Source: Camelus ferus
Lineage: Eukaryota
Length of the DNA stretch: 64,000 nucleotides
NCBI RefSeq assembly: GCF_009834535.1
Contig: NC_045696.1
Coordinates: 43,092,001 to 43,156,000 of the forward strand
Reading direction: 5' to 3'
Shown: positions 1 to 13,373 of the stretch, in pieces
How positions within the stretch are numbered: the first letter of the stretch is position 1
Layout of the letters: every line of letters starts with the position of its first letter
Translations under genes and position numbers: made by a program
Notes under the pieces: model-generated
Told to the model about the DNA's origin: nothing
The model's database searches: none
The model's input: only the letters and a program-made list of their open reading frames with translations

Positions 1-196
1 TAGTAGTAAGAAAAAAGACTCAAAATGGTAACTGACTTGGCCACATTAGATTATATTATAAAAATTTGAGTAAAGAATATTTTAATGATTTTGTGTGTGT
101 GTTTGGGTGGGGGGAGGCTCCTCTCAAATTCTAAATCAATAGAGAAATGGACAAAGGAGTCCGACGTAAGGAGATCAAACTATTCATTTTATTAGT

Positions 197-900
197 TGTA
201 AAGCTGATACCAGAAGAAGACTAGATCTGCTGACACAAGAAGCTATCTGACACTCCCTGCCCTCTTCATTAACCAGACCTGCTCAGGAGCAGGCAAAGCT
301 GAGCAAAAACAGATTCTCCTTTCACTCAGGGACAGGCTAGTTACTGCAAAGGAGAGGAGAAGGAGTGTAGCTTGAGAGCAGGCTGCTCCCAAGGAGAGAA
401 AACTGTAAAGGGACTGAGCCACACCGGCTTATTTCCCTTCCTCAAGATCTCCATCAATCAGGTAAATCACTTTTCCTCTCATGGTGAGGATTCAGTGAAG
501 GGATGTAGAAAAAAGAGCTAAAAGCCACCTCCAAAATCTTTGACTCCAAGGGAAAATTTTCCTCCCCTCCAGAGAAATATGCAGGTGAGAGATGAACACT
601 TCCTCTTTCACTGGAAGCTCTCACTGGAGGGTGGAACTGGAGTTGCTTTATAAAGAAGATGTGGAGGAATGTGCGTGGCCTGATCATGGGTGTGGAGGCC
701 AGGAAATACAGTCAGAGCTTGAGCAGCAAGACTTTGTTGGACTTTTTCTCCAGGAGTGGAGATTTTTGTCTTATTACCCCAGAATTCATGTCTGACATCT
801 TCATCTGGTTTCCATGAGCCTTTTCCCTACAAACACCATAATTCCACTTATGAACAATAATTATGTCAGGTATTTGAATTTGCTCCTCCGAGAGTCCTAC
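197..900. mobile_element. Possible ancient LTR remnant, family uncertain
   Basis: Starts TGT. Composition is more GC/purine-rich than the flanks and LTR-like. No TSD verified. Confidence 0.25.
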
Positions 901-939
901 ATTAGGATAACGCTCAGTTAATGATGAGTCCGTTGATCT

Positions 940-1345
940 GTTTCTTTCTCATCTCTTCAACCCCATACTCTTCTTTTCTAGTCATTTATCAAGGCCTGCC
1001 AGTTTTCCTCCATGGAATTTTACATAACTGTCCTTAACTCTCTTCCAGACCCACCCTCTTCTAATTTAATCAAAGCACCATCAGATCATCCCAAGGCTAC
1101 TGCAATTATCTGCTGATTGAACTCCCTCCCTCAAGACTCTTGGTAATGCAGTCCATTGCATAATGCATTGCCTGATTAATCTTCCTAAAATGGTATCTTG
1201 TTCATGTCAGACCCTGCTTAAAATCTGCACACTTCTCTATAAAATTCTAATTCTTTAGTCCCAAGTGTAAAAGCCTCACAAGTTGGTTGCCACTTGCTTT
1301 CATTCAAAATCTGTTTACTAAGTGCCTAGCACATTAATAAAACCT
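940..1345 (+). mobile_element. L2 LINE fragment (3' region)
   Basis: L2-like motifs 'ctactgcaattatctgctgattga', 'taatcttcctaaaa...ttcatgtcagaccctgcttaaaa' and 'agtgcctagcacattaataaaa'. Confidence 0.55.
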
Positions 1346-2869
1346 GGGTACTTTAATTTTCTTTTTTTTTTTAACTTAAAAACTGAATGAAGAGGCTTTT
1401 GCAGTTCAGTCTACACCTTAAACATGTGTCAGCTTTGGTCCTTAGTTCATTCATAGAATTCCATAAAGATGACTTTCTAAGGGAAAAGTGAATATGCAGA
1501 AGTTTCAGTCTCCCCCATCATCAAGGCACATTGGTACAAATCAACTTCATGAGATTAATACTTCTTAAAATACTTATTGCATGTAATGGGAGAATGACCT
1601 ATATCTTCAGTTTCCTCTTGTTTTATGACTGTATATTGATGAAAACACAACAAATAATGCTAAGCAAGAATCACTTATCCATTCAGCCTGTTCTCTTTTG
1701 TTAAGTAACAGAATCTTATAATCTTTAGAAAAATGTATAGATGTTTTCCCATTTTTCATTCCCCAAAAGTATTTACATTAAAAATACAAGGGTCATAGGA
1801 ATCACTGGACACTTAGCCATGTCATGGAAAGAAATATGCAAAAAAAATAGTAATGCAGCCAAATTGACAGCTTTTAAAATAACAACAACAACAAAAAATT
1901 GAGGAAGACAATATAGAAAAACAGTTGTAATATTAATTAGTATTTCTTTGGGGCATATTTTTAAAGCTTTTCTTTTGATTAGGCAAATTAAATTTGCCTC
2001 TGAGCCTGCATTTCTTTGCATTCTCTAGAAGTTATTACGTGCATTAAACAAGATAACATTGAAAGAGATTTTTCTACTCATTAGAGTGAATTTTCTGTTA
2101 CGACCATCTCAGTCCTGCAAGTGACAAGAGATTTGCTTTCCCATGAGGCTGACTGCAATTTCCTATTTGCTAGGACTTCTCACATTTAGACATGGCCATG
2201 GCAGGAAAGCAGATACTCAGCACGTTCAGAGTCCTGCTGCTCTAAATATATATGCCCTTGGCCTCGTGCACACACCATGCATACAAGGTATATAGGCCAA
2301 AGGCATTTTGACAGCTGCTTTCCAAAGCTGGAGAGCAGGAATGCTTGCTTCAGGCAATAGCCCACAGATGCCAACTTCATCTGGGTTTCAGTCTATTTTC
2401 AGTGAAGTGGGTTTGGGGACAGAATAAGTGCAGGGTATGTTCCTCTCTTTTGTGATGCGAAGAGCACACGTGCACACTCTCTCCGTGCTTAAAGGTAGGG
2501 GAGGTTGGGTAAATTTTATAATTTAAAATTAAGCTGGGTTAAATGTAAATGTTTAAATTTAAATAGGTACGTGACTGGAAATCTAATTATTTGTACAGGG
2601 CAGAAGTTGTGTCTTATTTCATTATTATTTTAATAACTTTATGGTTATGTAGATGAACAGGTACAAAACATCGGTTAAAAAACAACATACATTCATTGAA
2701 AGTAAAACCTGGAACAGAATTGTATTAATTGTAATCACTGCTTTTGCATTGGTTTCTAAATTATTTCTGGATACCCCTGGGATGTTCTTAGAAAAATTGT
2801 AAGAGGGAAATCCTTCCCTGAGATATTCCTTATCACTGCTTAGACTACACGCGGAACTGTAAATCTCTA

Positions 2870-3310
2870 CTATTCACAACTCTTCCCTTTTCCTTCTATC
2901 TCAGCTAAAGGCCGTATTTGCCTCAATGTAATGATATACAGTAATTCGATTACTGATTTCACTTCCTGATACTACTAAGTTTCAAGAGACCCAGCTAGGA
3001 AACATGAACGTCATCTTTAAATTCTCCCTTTCCTGTGCCCCAGATCATTTGCCCAGTTTCATAATCTACATGTGTGTTGGCTGAGGTATCTGTCAAATCA
3101 CATTGTGTTACTGTTTCCCATTCCTGTTACCACACTTCCTTGGGCTGCCATCACTTCTCACTTGGACGACTGTGATCACTTCTGAACCAGTTATCCAACC
3201 ATGGTCTCTCATGCTCAGTTGCCAGAGCTCTCTCTCCAACGTACTGCTTTGGTACTGGGTTATGTTATTCTCTGCTTAAAAACCTTTCTTACTGCTTAGA
3301 ACATTTAAAA
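2870..3310 (+). mobile_element. L2 LINE fragment
   Basis: 'catcacttctcacttggacgactgtgatcacttctgaacc' and 'ctctgcttaaaaacctt' resemble the L2 3' consensus. Confidence 0.55.
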
Positions 3311-3644
3311 TACTCACAATTGAGGCAGGTAAAAATGTCTCCTCTCCTCATGGGACTGTCACTCATTTGATGAGAGAGCTTTATAGAAGTAAGAGTCAGG
3401 ATTGACATGTTTGAATTGTGCTAGATACTGTTTTTTTGCCCAGGTAAGTTAAAAACACTATTTGATAGAAAATGTGATACTTGATCTTGGTCTTAAAGAA
3501 TAAGTAGAAGTTCACCAGGTGTAATTGGAAAATCAGGAGAGCAAAATAATATTTTAGGTGTGGTGAAATTATATGAGCAAAGGCAAAGTTATTTCAAAGT
3601 ATAGTATATGTTTAGAGAATAATGTTTACATTGATGTGCACAGA

Positions 3645-3942
3645 GCAACATTTCCCAAAATACGTTTCAAGGAGTATCAGTCCTGCAAGAGATCCTATGA
3701 GAAAAAATGGCAGACTGGTGAGATCCAGGGCTAACTTGGTCTGTGAAGTTCGTCAACTTTTGTTTGTTTGTTTTGAAACTCACAGTGAATCAACATTATT
3801 AAGGGCTCTGAAATGTTTTTACTTTTCTTTAAAATTTATCCAGAATTCTGCAAATCTCTTACCTTCCTATTTTAAGTAAGGCAACTGTTAGTATTGCTCT
3901 GAATGAACGTGGTTATATAAAAACTGCTTTGGGAAATTGAAC
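3645..3942. mobile_element. hAT-Charlie-like non-autonomous DNA transposon remnant
   Basis: Imperfect terminal inverted repeats 'catttcccaaaa' ... 'tttgggaaattg', about 300 bp apart. Confidence 0.45.
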
Positions 3943-4554
3943 TGAACAAATACAAATAATTCCTGGGGTTCTTGCACTAAGACAAACATGTAAGTGTCAT
4001 GAAATAACGAAGACAATTTTTATGTAAACGGAAACACTTGATGAGACTATATATATAGTGTGGCCTAAGACAGAGTGTTCTATATTAAAGACATGACATT
4101 TTCTATTCACTTGTAATTTTTGTGGAGGAAATTTGGCAACATGAACCATAAACTATGATGCTGTCTTTTCCAGCATACAAGAAGATAGGGTTGGGGAAAG
4201 GGACAGTTGGAAGTGAAAGGTACTGGTCACTGTAACTGACATTAACACATCAACTCTATTGGTAAATTTTACATAAAAAATGGAAATTACCAGCATTTTT
4301 ATTGCAGACAGTAGAGAGTAGTTCATAACTGAATTGTTTCAGTTGCCCAGTTGGGTACCACTGAGTCCAGAGGGGTGAGAATTAAGCAATTGTATATTGT
4401 ACTATATTCACACTGGTTATGGATCTACTTGGAATTCATCCCCTTCTACCACTTAGTAACTATCAAATTCATTTTTATATTATCTCAAATTCCTTTCCAC
4501 CTTTCAAAGACAAATACCACTCAGGATAATTTTGCTTGACTTAGACATGCAGGT

Positions 4555-4720
4555 ATCATCTGAGTTCTAACGCAGTTTATCTAACAGCTTCAGTAGTTCC
4601 TTCACTGGGAAATATGGGCAATCACAGTAACTACCCTTGTGGAGTTTGGTGCAGATTAAATAATACATGGAAAGTGCTTGGCATGGCCTCTGGAGCATAA
4701 TCACTCAGTACATATAAATT
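4555..4720 (+). mobile_element. MIR SINE
   Basis: MIR core and tail: 'aatatgggcaatcacagtaactacc...gattaaataatacatggaaagtgcttggcatggcctctgg'. Confidence 0.65.
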
Positions 4721-5774
4721 ACAGTGCTGATCACGGCCATGTTGACGATGTTGCTAACGTCCTGTCAAGTGAACAGGATTTATAAATATTTATATTCCTA
4801 ATTATTTGACATGGTATAAGTAAAGTTCACACATGAAGACACTTGGTCTGGTTAAAGCTCTTTAAATATGTACAATTATATAGACTATGTGAGAAAGAGC
4901 TTTTAATATAGTTATTTTAATTATAACTGTTACTTATTTAGCAATATTATTTGGTGTCATTTAACTTGTCTGGGTTAAAGCTCCTAAGTATGTCTTGAGT
5001 TGAAGTCCTTGCTTATGGATTTATTTCCCCTGGATTTTGTTTGGTGTATACCACCCAAAACAGAGACAGAAACAAAGACAAATGAAAACGAAGCAGAAGA
5101 GGAAAAGATGATGAAAAAAGTCTCCACTTATATAAGCAACAAACGCTGATTTTCTTTTCTTCTCTCCAATTCAGATACTTACAGTCCTTGGTGATTTACA
5201 TTTAGATCAGGGGATGAGAAGAAAAAACCTTTGAGATATACTTCCTGGCTGTCAATATTCTTATAATGTTCTTTTAGCAAGACACACCCAATTATTTGGC
5301 AAAGCGTCCCACTATTCATTTACTTTGAAATTTTGAAATTGTAAGTCACTCCTCAGACATGGTAAGGAAAACCTATAGAACGATGATGGAGGCAGGCACA
5401 CTACTGTTGAGAGGCAGGGGGACGCATCTTTTCTGGCAAAGGAAGAAAATCTGCATGAAAGATACACAAGCTTTAACGAATATGAGCAATGTAAGCAATA
5501 TTCTTGTACAATGGGAATTGCTTAATTCAGAGAAAAACTCAGTGTTTAGTTTCTGGTTAATTAAAGAATATACAGGGCTCACCATCATAGCTACCCATCA
5601 GATTACAATTCCCCTAGGTGTCATGGCCGTTCCATTCTTCATTTCCATTTCCCAGTCTTTTTATCATGGCTAAATGAGAATAGAGTACCATACTCGGGAT
5701 GTTTCTGGAAGGATTGTGAAAGGGTTATTCCTCCCTCAGAAAGGGAATTTCTAGTTTGAAGATAGAGCGTCACT

Positions 5775-6140
5775 CCACTTGACCTCCAGGGTGCCGACAT
5801 CATGCACAGAACTTTGTGCAGCCAGTCAAGCTGGTCACCACTGTGCAGAGCAGGTCAGGCTCTGGGCAGGCATGTTGTAGGTGCCAGGCAGGTGCACGTG
5901 GAATTCACGGGGGGCACAAGCAGCTCCATCATCCTAAGCATGAAGCATGAAGACCCTTTGCGCCAGGACAGCGTGCTCACCCTATTGGAGTTGGAGGGAG
6001 AGCGAGCAGCTGGTAGGTTGCTCTGAACTTGGGATGGGTCCGCAAAATGTAGGTGGACCACTTGGTCCACGAGGATCATCTGCAACTGTAAATAAGATGT
6101 TTTATTGTAAGCAAAAACATAAAAATAAAAATATAAAAAG
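5775..6140 (+). pseudogene. RPS28: Processed pseudogene of 40S ribosomal protein S28 (frameshifted, diverged)
   Basis: ATG at 5802 in the context 'gccgacatcATG'. One frame gives VQPVKL (RPS28 VQPIKL). ORF 5802-6026 gives LGR...QVHVEFTGGTSSSII...DPLRQDSVLTLLELEGERAAGRLL*, against RPS28 LGR...QVRVEFMDDTSRSII...[22 protein letters not shown]. Intronless, short 3'UTR, A-rich tail at about 6113-6139. Confidence 0.9.
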
Positions 6141-6844
6141 ACATGGCTGTTCTGGAGGGTGTACCCTTCTTTGTCAACCAAGGCAGGAAGTGGGAGAGAA
6201 TAAAGATAATTCAAAAAGATAAACAAAAATTAATAGGAGTCTCTTGGCATTCTGGACCATGGTTCAGTCATCCCTAGTACCAGAGTAACTCTATCCCTCC
6301 TATAAATTTAGTTAGGTTGAATCCATAACTGTCTTCTTTATGTTTAAAGTGATTTAGATGGCCACATAAAACGTCTTGAATGATAGTGAAATGAGTAGCA
6401 ATCTTGTGGTATATGTTGGAGATGTTTTGTTGTTGTTTAGTTTATAATTGTCCTTTAGTATCTTTATATAATTTAAATATACTTAGGAAAATTAATTATG
6501 TTCCTTATTGAAAGGAAGAACCCTTCTGTTGTCATCCAATTTATCTAGAATGTTAAGTTTTTAATCTCCTTTCATTTATGTTTGTTATATAGGATTGCTA
6601 CTATTAAATATATTGCTTAAATAACAATAAGTTACTTACTGGGAAAGAGTTAAACTATACCGAACAGTTTCATGATATGGCACCTATAAAATATTCTCTC
6701 TTCTGAATGTAGTATTATACATATTCAAATAGTGAACACAATATTTCTCAAACAAGGAGTATTTTAGCTCTGAGATGGTGCATGTGATTCTCCAGTTGCC
6801 ATGATAACTAGTTTTTATTTTACAAAACCACAGATGTACGAAGC

Positions 6845-6866
6845 AAAAAAAAAAAAAAAAAAAAAA
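6845..6866 (+). repeat. Poly(A) homopolymer (22 nt)
   Basis: Directly visible. Confidence 0.9.
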
Positions 6867-8280
6867 GACAAGAAAACGGCAATTTTTCCAGAAATGGCAC
6901 ATTTTGTTTAATCCAAACACTGAATTTCTTTTCGTTGCAACTGATAACTTTTCGATCTTTATTATAAATAAAACATAAAAAAGACTTTAAACTTTAGATT
7001 TTGCAATACATTTTAAAAGAAAAATCTAATACGTTTAGATAATGTACTAAGTGACCTCATCTGAAATCAGAAGGTGCCTGAGTTACCTTACTCATTCTCT
7101 GCTTTCTGAGGTTTCATTTTAGGCACTGATGAAATTCAGAAAATGCTTCTCAGATCTGTTGTGTTTATAGAGAATGGTCATTCTGAAATGAAAGCTGAGA
7201 TGTATTTTGCCTTTACGTGTACTGCCTCAAATAATGTCCTGTTTACATCTCTTAACAAAGTGCCACCAATGCTCTTTATTCAGCAAGGAACAGAATTCTA
7301 TCTCTCACCCTTGTAGATTCCCCAGTGCCTTCAGAATATTCATATTAAATATAAGATACTAAAATATGTTTAAATATGGAGCAATTATCGAATTTTGAGG
7401 TCAGTTCTAAAGAAGCATTGACTTTTGTTTGGAAGGCCAAGCCTCAGTTTTGACTAACTTTGCTTCAGAATTTTATATATTCATATATATGTATTTTTAT
7501 TGTTATAAAGTATTTATAATCCAGGTAAGAAATTGTTGAATTATGTCTAGTCTCTACATTACACAGCTATATGTGGTACAATTGTGAGCAAATATAACTT
7601 CGATGCATCCTCAATCATTATGTGATATCTATTTCTTAATTCTCTGGAAATTAAAAGAATCCTCAGTTTGCTCAACAACAAAACTCCTCACAGAGCTCAA
7701 CAGCAAGATTCTTCTCTTTATATTGATCTTCAGTTAAAGATAGTTTAAAGGCATTTTTCTAGAAACCCATTCAGTAGCCGACAAGAACACCTTTGTTCCT
7801 CCAGAAAGTACCTACTGGGTCTTCTTACATGAAATTCCATGCCGCTGACCCAGTCTATGAAAAAGTAATAGAACACATTATTATCTGTTTTTCCAGTTCT
7901 GACTCTTAAGTTTTTTTATCCTTAAATTTTACTTGATGTTCCTTCCTTCCAGAGAAGCTAGTGTTCAGTCTGTTTTGAGAGCCTCCGAGTGTGTGATGGT
8001 AGAGCCCTTTGAGATGTTTCATCTGAGAGAGTGATTAAAAACTAAATAGGCAGGGAATATCTTCTCACCCACGTCCTGAAATTAGTCTGTAATGAAATCA
8101 CAGAATTAGTACATGTGCTATCTACATCTTTAAAAAGAAAAAAGTATGAAAATTTGTTATAGAAAATACAATTTGATCTACACAGTGAGTCACAGAAACA
8201 TTTCAGCAGGTTAATTGTGTATCTCCTGCATTTTCTTTTTAATCTGCCTCTCCAACTGCTAGAAGCGTGGACAAAATTAC

Positions 8281-8456
8281 AAGCATTTCTTAGAGCTTTG
8301 TAACTCCTTGTGGACCAGGAGTATCAACATCCCCCAAGAGTTTTTTTAAAAATGCCTAATCTTAGGCTGTGTTCCAGATCTGCTCACTCTGAATCTGCAT
8401 TTTACCAAAATACTCAGGTGATTTTTCTTTTGCACATTAGATTATGAGAAGCACTG
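8281..8456 (+). mobile_element. MER5A-like hAT-Charlie MITE
   Basis: 'ggaccaggagtatcaacatc...aaatgc...gaatctgcattttacc...caggtgatt...gcacattagattatgagaagcactg' follows the MER5A consensus. Confidence 0.75.
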
Positions 8457-8716
8457 CCCTAGAGGAGATGTAGATATTTATCACTTGTCTGCCGTTTCTG
8501 CCTAGATCCCCAAATGATCACAAACAAAACATCAAATAGCTCAAAATTCCACCTCCCTGAGTTTATGCACCTGGACCAGTGTGGACTGGAATGAAAGATG
8601 TGAGCAAGCACATTCAAGTCCTGTATGGGCCCGGCGCTCAGTGCGTGCACGTGATTCTTTCAAATCGAATTTTTCTGTCATTCTTTGGCAGGTAATATGG
8701 TCCACACTGATGTTAT

Positions 8717-8730
8717 TGTTGTTAATATTT
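8717..8730. repeat. Target-site duplication of the full-length L1, left copy (TGTTGTTAATATTT)
   Basis: Identical 14-mer at 16329-16342, followed there by AAA (ATTT/AA endonuclease-like nick). Confidence 0.92.
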
Positions 8731-9237
8731 TTTTTAACATTTTTTATTGATTTATAATCATTTTACAATGTTGTGTCAAATTCCAGTGTTCAGCACAATT
8801 TTTCAGTCATTCATGGACGTATACACACTCATTGTCACATTTTTTTCTCTGTGAGTTATCATAACATTTTGTGTATATTTCCCTGTGCTATACAGTGTAA
8901 TCTTGTTTATCTATTCTACAATTTTGAAATCCCGTCTATCCCTTCCCACCCTCCACCCCCCTGGTAACCACAAGTCTGTATTCTCTGTGAGTCTATTTCT
9001 GTCCTGTATTTACGCTTTGTTTTTGTTTGTTTGTTTGTTTTTGTTTTTGTTTTTTAGATTCCACGTATGAGCAATCTCATATGGTATTTTTCTTTCTCTT
9101 TCTGTCTTACTTCACTTAGAATGACATTCTCCAGGAGCATCCATGTTGCTGCAAATGGTATTATGTTGTCGGTTTTTATGGCTGAGTAGTATTCCGTTGT
9201 ATAAATATACCACATCTTCTTTATCCAGTCACCTGTT
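8731..9237 (-). mobile_element. Short 5'-truncated L1 (ORF2 C-terminus, 3'UTR, poly(A)) in tandem behind the full-length L1
   Basis: Near-duplicate of about 9258-9760. Encodes ...DWIKKMWYIYTTEYYSAIK...; own T-tail at 8731-8735. Confidence 0.92.
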
Positions 9238-9577
9238 TTTGTTTTTGTTTTTTTTTTTAACAATTTTTACTGATTTATATTCATTTTACAATGTTGTGTC
9301 AAATTCCAGTGTTCCGCACAATTTTTCAGACATTCATGGACATATACACACTCATTGGCACATTTTTTTCTCTGTGAGTTATCATAACATTTTGTGTATA
9401 TTTCCCTGTGCTATACAGTGTAATCTTGTTTATCTATTCTACAATCTTGAAATGCCAGTCTATCCCTTCCCACCCTCCACCCCCCTGGTAACCACAAGTC
9501 TGTATTCTCTGTGAGTCTATTTCTGTCCTGTATTTACGCTTTGTTTTTGTTTGTTTGTTTGTTTTTGTTTTTGTTTT

Positions 9578-12500
9578 TTAGATTCCACATATGAGCGATC
9601 TCATATGGTATTTTTCTTTTCCTTTCTGGCTTACTTCACTTAGAATGACATTCTCCAGGAGCATCCATGTTGCTGCAAATGGCATTATGTTGTCAGGTTT
9701 TATGGCTGAGTAGTATTCCATTCTATAAATATACCACTTCTTCTTTATCCAGTCACCTGTTGATGGACATTTAGGCTGTTTCCATGTTTTGGCTATTGTA
9801 AATAGTGCTGCTATGAACATTGGGGTGCAGGTGTCATCCTGAAGTAGATTTCCTTCTGGATACAGGCCCAGGAGTGGGATTCCTGGGTCATATGGTAAGT
9901 CTATTCCTAGTCTTTTGAGGAATCTCCACACTGTTTTCCATAGTGGCTGCACCAAACTGCATTCCCACCAGCAGTGTAGGAGGGTTCCCCTTTCCCCACA
10001 GCCTCTCCAGCATTTGTCGTTTGTGGATTTTTGAATGACGGCCATTCTGACTGGTGTGAGGTGATACCTCATTGTAGTTTTGATTTCCATTTCTCTGATA
10101 ACTAGTGATATTGAGCATTTTTTCATGTGCTTTTTGCTCATTTGTATGTCTTCCTTGGAGAATTGCTTGTTTAGGTCTTCTGCCCATTTTTCGATTGGGT
10201 TGTTTATTTTTTTCTTATTGAGTCATATGAGCTGCTTATATATTCTGGAGATCAAGGCTTTGTCAGTTTCACTTGCAAAAATTTTCTCCCATTCCGTAGG
10301 TTTTCTTCTTGTTTTACTTCTGGTTTCCTTTGCTGTGCAGAAGCTTGTAAGTTTCATTAGGTCCCATTTGTTTATACTTGCTTTTATTTCTTTTAGGAGA
10401 AAATTTTTGAAATGTATGTCAGATAATGTTTTGCCTATGTTTTCCTCTAGGAGGTTTATTGTATCTTGTCTTATGTTTAAGTCTTTAATCCATTTTGAGT
10501 TGATTTTTGTATATGGTGTAAGGGAGTGTTCTAGCTTCATTGTTTTACATGCTGCTGTCCAGTTTTCCCAACACCATTTGCTGAAGAGACTGTCTTTATT
10601 CCAATGTATATTCTTGCCTCCTTTGTCGAAGATGAGTTGACCAAAAGTTTGTGGGTTCATTTCTGGGCTCTCTATTCTGTTCCATTGGTCTATATGTCTG
10701 TTTTGGTACCAATACCATGCTGTCTTGATGACTGTAGCTCTATAGTATTGTCTGAAGTCTGGGAGAGTTATTCCTCCAGCCTCTTTCTTTCTCTTCAGTA
10801 AAGCTTTGGCAACTCTAGGTCTTTGATGGTTCCATATGAATTTTATTATGATTTTTTCTAGTTCTGTGAAGTATGTCCTGGGTAACTGGATAGGGATTGC
10901 ATTAAATCTGTAGATTGCCTTGGGCAGTGTGACCATTTTAACAATATTGATTCTTTCAATCCAAGAGCATGGAATATCTTTCCATTTTTTAAAGTCTTCT
11001 TTAATTTCCTTCATCAGTGGTTTATAGTTTTCTGTGTATAATTCTTTCACCTCCTTGGTTAGATTTATTCCCAGATATTTTATTACTTTGGGTGCTATTT
11101 TAAAGGGGATTGTTTCTTTACTTTCTTCTTCTGTTGATTTATCGTTAGTGTAAAGAAATGCAACTGATTTTTGAACGTTAATTTTGTAACCTGCTACCTT
11201 GCTGAATTCTTCAATCAGCTCTAGTAGCTCTTGTGTGGGCCTTTTAGGGTTTTCTATATATAGTAACATGTCATCAGCATATAATGACACTTTTACCTCT
11301 TCTTTTCCAATTTGGATCCCTTTTATTTCTTTCTCTTGCCTGACTGCTGTGGCTAGGTTTTCCAGGACTATGTTGAATAGGAGTGGTGATAGTGGGCATC
11401 CTTGTCTTGTCCCAGATTTTAGTGGGAAGCTTTTGAGTTTTTCACCGTTGAGTACTATGCTGGCTGTAGGTTTGTCATATATAGCTTTTATTATGTTGAG
11501 ATATGTTCCCTCTATACCCACTTTGGCGAGAGTTTTTATCATAAATGGGTGTTGAATTTTATCAAATGCTTTTTCTGCATCGATTGAGATGATCATGTGG
11601 TTTTTGTCCTTTCTCTTGTTGATGTGATGTATTACACTGATTGATTTGCGTATGTTGAACCAGCCTCGTGTCCCTGGGATGAACCCCACTTGGTCATGAT
11701 GTATCATCTTTTTTATGTGTTGTTGGATTCTATTTGCTAAAATTTTGGTGAGGATTTTGGCGTCTATGTTCATCAGTGATATTGGCCTATAATTCTCTTT
11801 TTTTGTAGTGTCTTTGCCTGGTTTTGGTATCAGGGTGATGGTGGCTTCATAGAATGAGTTTGGGAGTATTCCCTCCTTTTCAATCGTCTGGAAGAGTTTG
11901 AGAAGGACTGGTATGAGTTCTTTGTATGTTTGGTAGAATTCCCCGGTGAAGCCGTCCGGTCCTGGACTTTTATTTGTAGGGAGGTTTTTAATTGCTATTT
12001 CTATTTCCTTTCTAGTGATCGGATTGTTCAAGTGTTCAGATTCTTCTTGATTCAGTTTTGGTGGACAGTATGTTTCCAGAAACTTGTCCATCTCCTCTAG
12101 GTTATCCAGTTTGGTTCCATATAGTTTTTCATAATATTCTCGTATGATATTCTGTATTTCTATTTTGTTTGTTGTAATTTCTCCATTTTCCTTTCTTATT
12201 TTGCTAATTTGTGCTCTCTCTTTTTTCTTCTTTGTGAGTTTGGCCAGAGGTTTGTCGATTTTATTTACTTTTTCAAAAAACCAGCTTTTGGTTTGGTTGA
12301 TTTTTTCTATGGTCTTGTTAATCTCTATTGTATTTAATTCCTCTCTGATCTTTATTATTTCCTTCCTTCTGCTGCTTTTTGGGGCTCTTTGTTCTTCTTT
12401 TTCTAATTCATTCAGGTGGTGGGTTAAATTGTTTAGTTGAGATTGTTCTTCTTTTTTTGAGGAAGGCCTGTATCGCTATAAACTTCCCTCTTAGCACTGC

Positions 12501-13373
12501 CTTTGCTGTGTCCCATAGGTTTTGAGTGGTTGTGCTTTCATTCTCATTTGTCTCAAGGTATTTTTTAATTTCAGCTTTGATTTCCTCATTGATCCATTGT
12601 TTTTTCAATAACATATTGTTTAATCTCCATGCTTTCCTTTTTTTCTCCTTTGTTTCTCTGTTGTTGATATCCAGTTTCATGGCATTGTGGTCAGTAAAGA
12701 TGCTTGAGATAATTTCTATCTTCTTAAAATTGTTGAGGTTCCTTTTGTGCCCAAGTACATGATCGATCCTGGAAAATGTTCCATGTGCACTTGAAAAGAA
12801 TGTATATCCTATTTTTGGGGGGTGTAATGCTCTGAAAATATCCACCAAATCTAGTTTTTCTATTGTAGTATTTAATTTCTCTGTTGCCTTGTTTATTTTC
12901 TGTCTGGAAGATCTGTCTAGTGATGTTAATGCAGTGTTAAAATCTCCAACTATGATTGTATTCCCATCAATATCCCCCTTTATCACTGTTAGTAATTCTT
13001 GTATGTACTTAGGTGCTCCTATATTGGGTGCATATATATTAACGAGTGTAATATCCTCATCTTGTATCACTCCTTTAATCATTATAAAATGCCCTTCTTT
13101 ATCTTTCTCTATGGCCTTTGTTTTAAAGTCTATTTTGTCTGAAATCAGTACTGCAACACCTGCTTTTTTGGCTTTTCCATTTGCATGGAATATCCTTTTC
13201 CATCCTTTCACTCTCAATCTATATGTGACCTTCTCCCTAAAGTGGGTCTCTTGTATGCAGCCTATTGAAGGTTCTTGCTTTATTATCCAGTCTGCCACTC
13301 TGTGTCTTTTGACTGGAGCATTTAGTCCATTAACATTTACAGTAATTAATGATAGATGTGCGTTTATTGCCAT
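9578..13373 (-). pseudogene. L1 ORF2p (APE endonuclease, reverse transcriptase, CCHC), about 1264 aa if repaired
   Basis: EN motifs NVNGLN, QETH, GDFN, TDHNA; RT motifs QGCPLSP and YADD; CWRGC-x7-HCWWEC. Extra A in the run at 12452-12458 causes a frameshift. In-frame TGA at 10223-10225. Confidence 0.95.

Noticed and set aside
8506..8691. Possible exon (AG at 8504-8505, CAG|GTAAT at 8691) just before the L1 insertion
   Set aside because: All three frames contain stops and the donor could equally be read as an acceptor. No independent support.
8941..8962. G-quadruplex-forming tract on the minus strand (also 9465-9486)
   Set aside because: A known standard feature of L1 3'UTRs.
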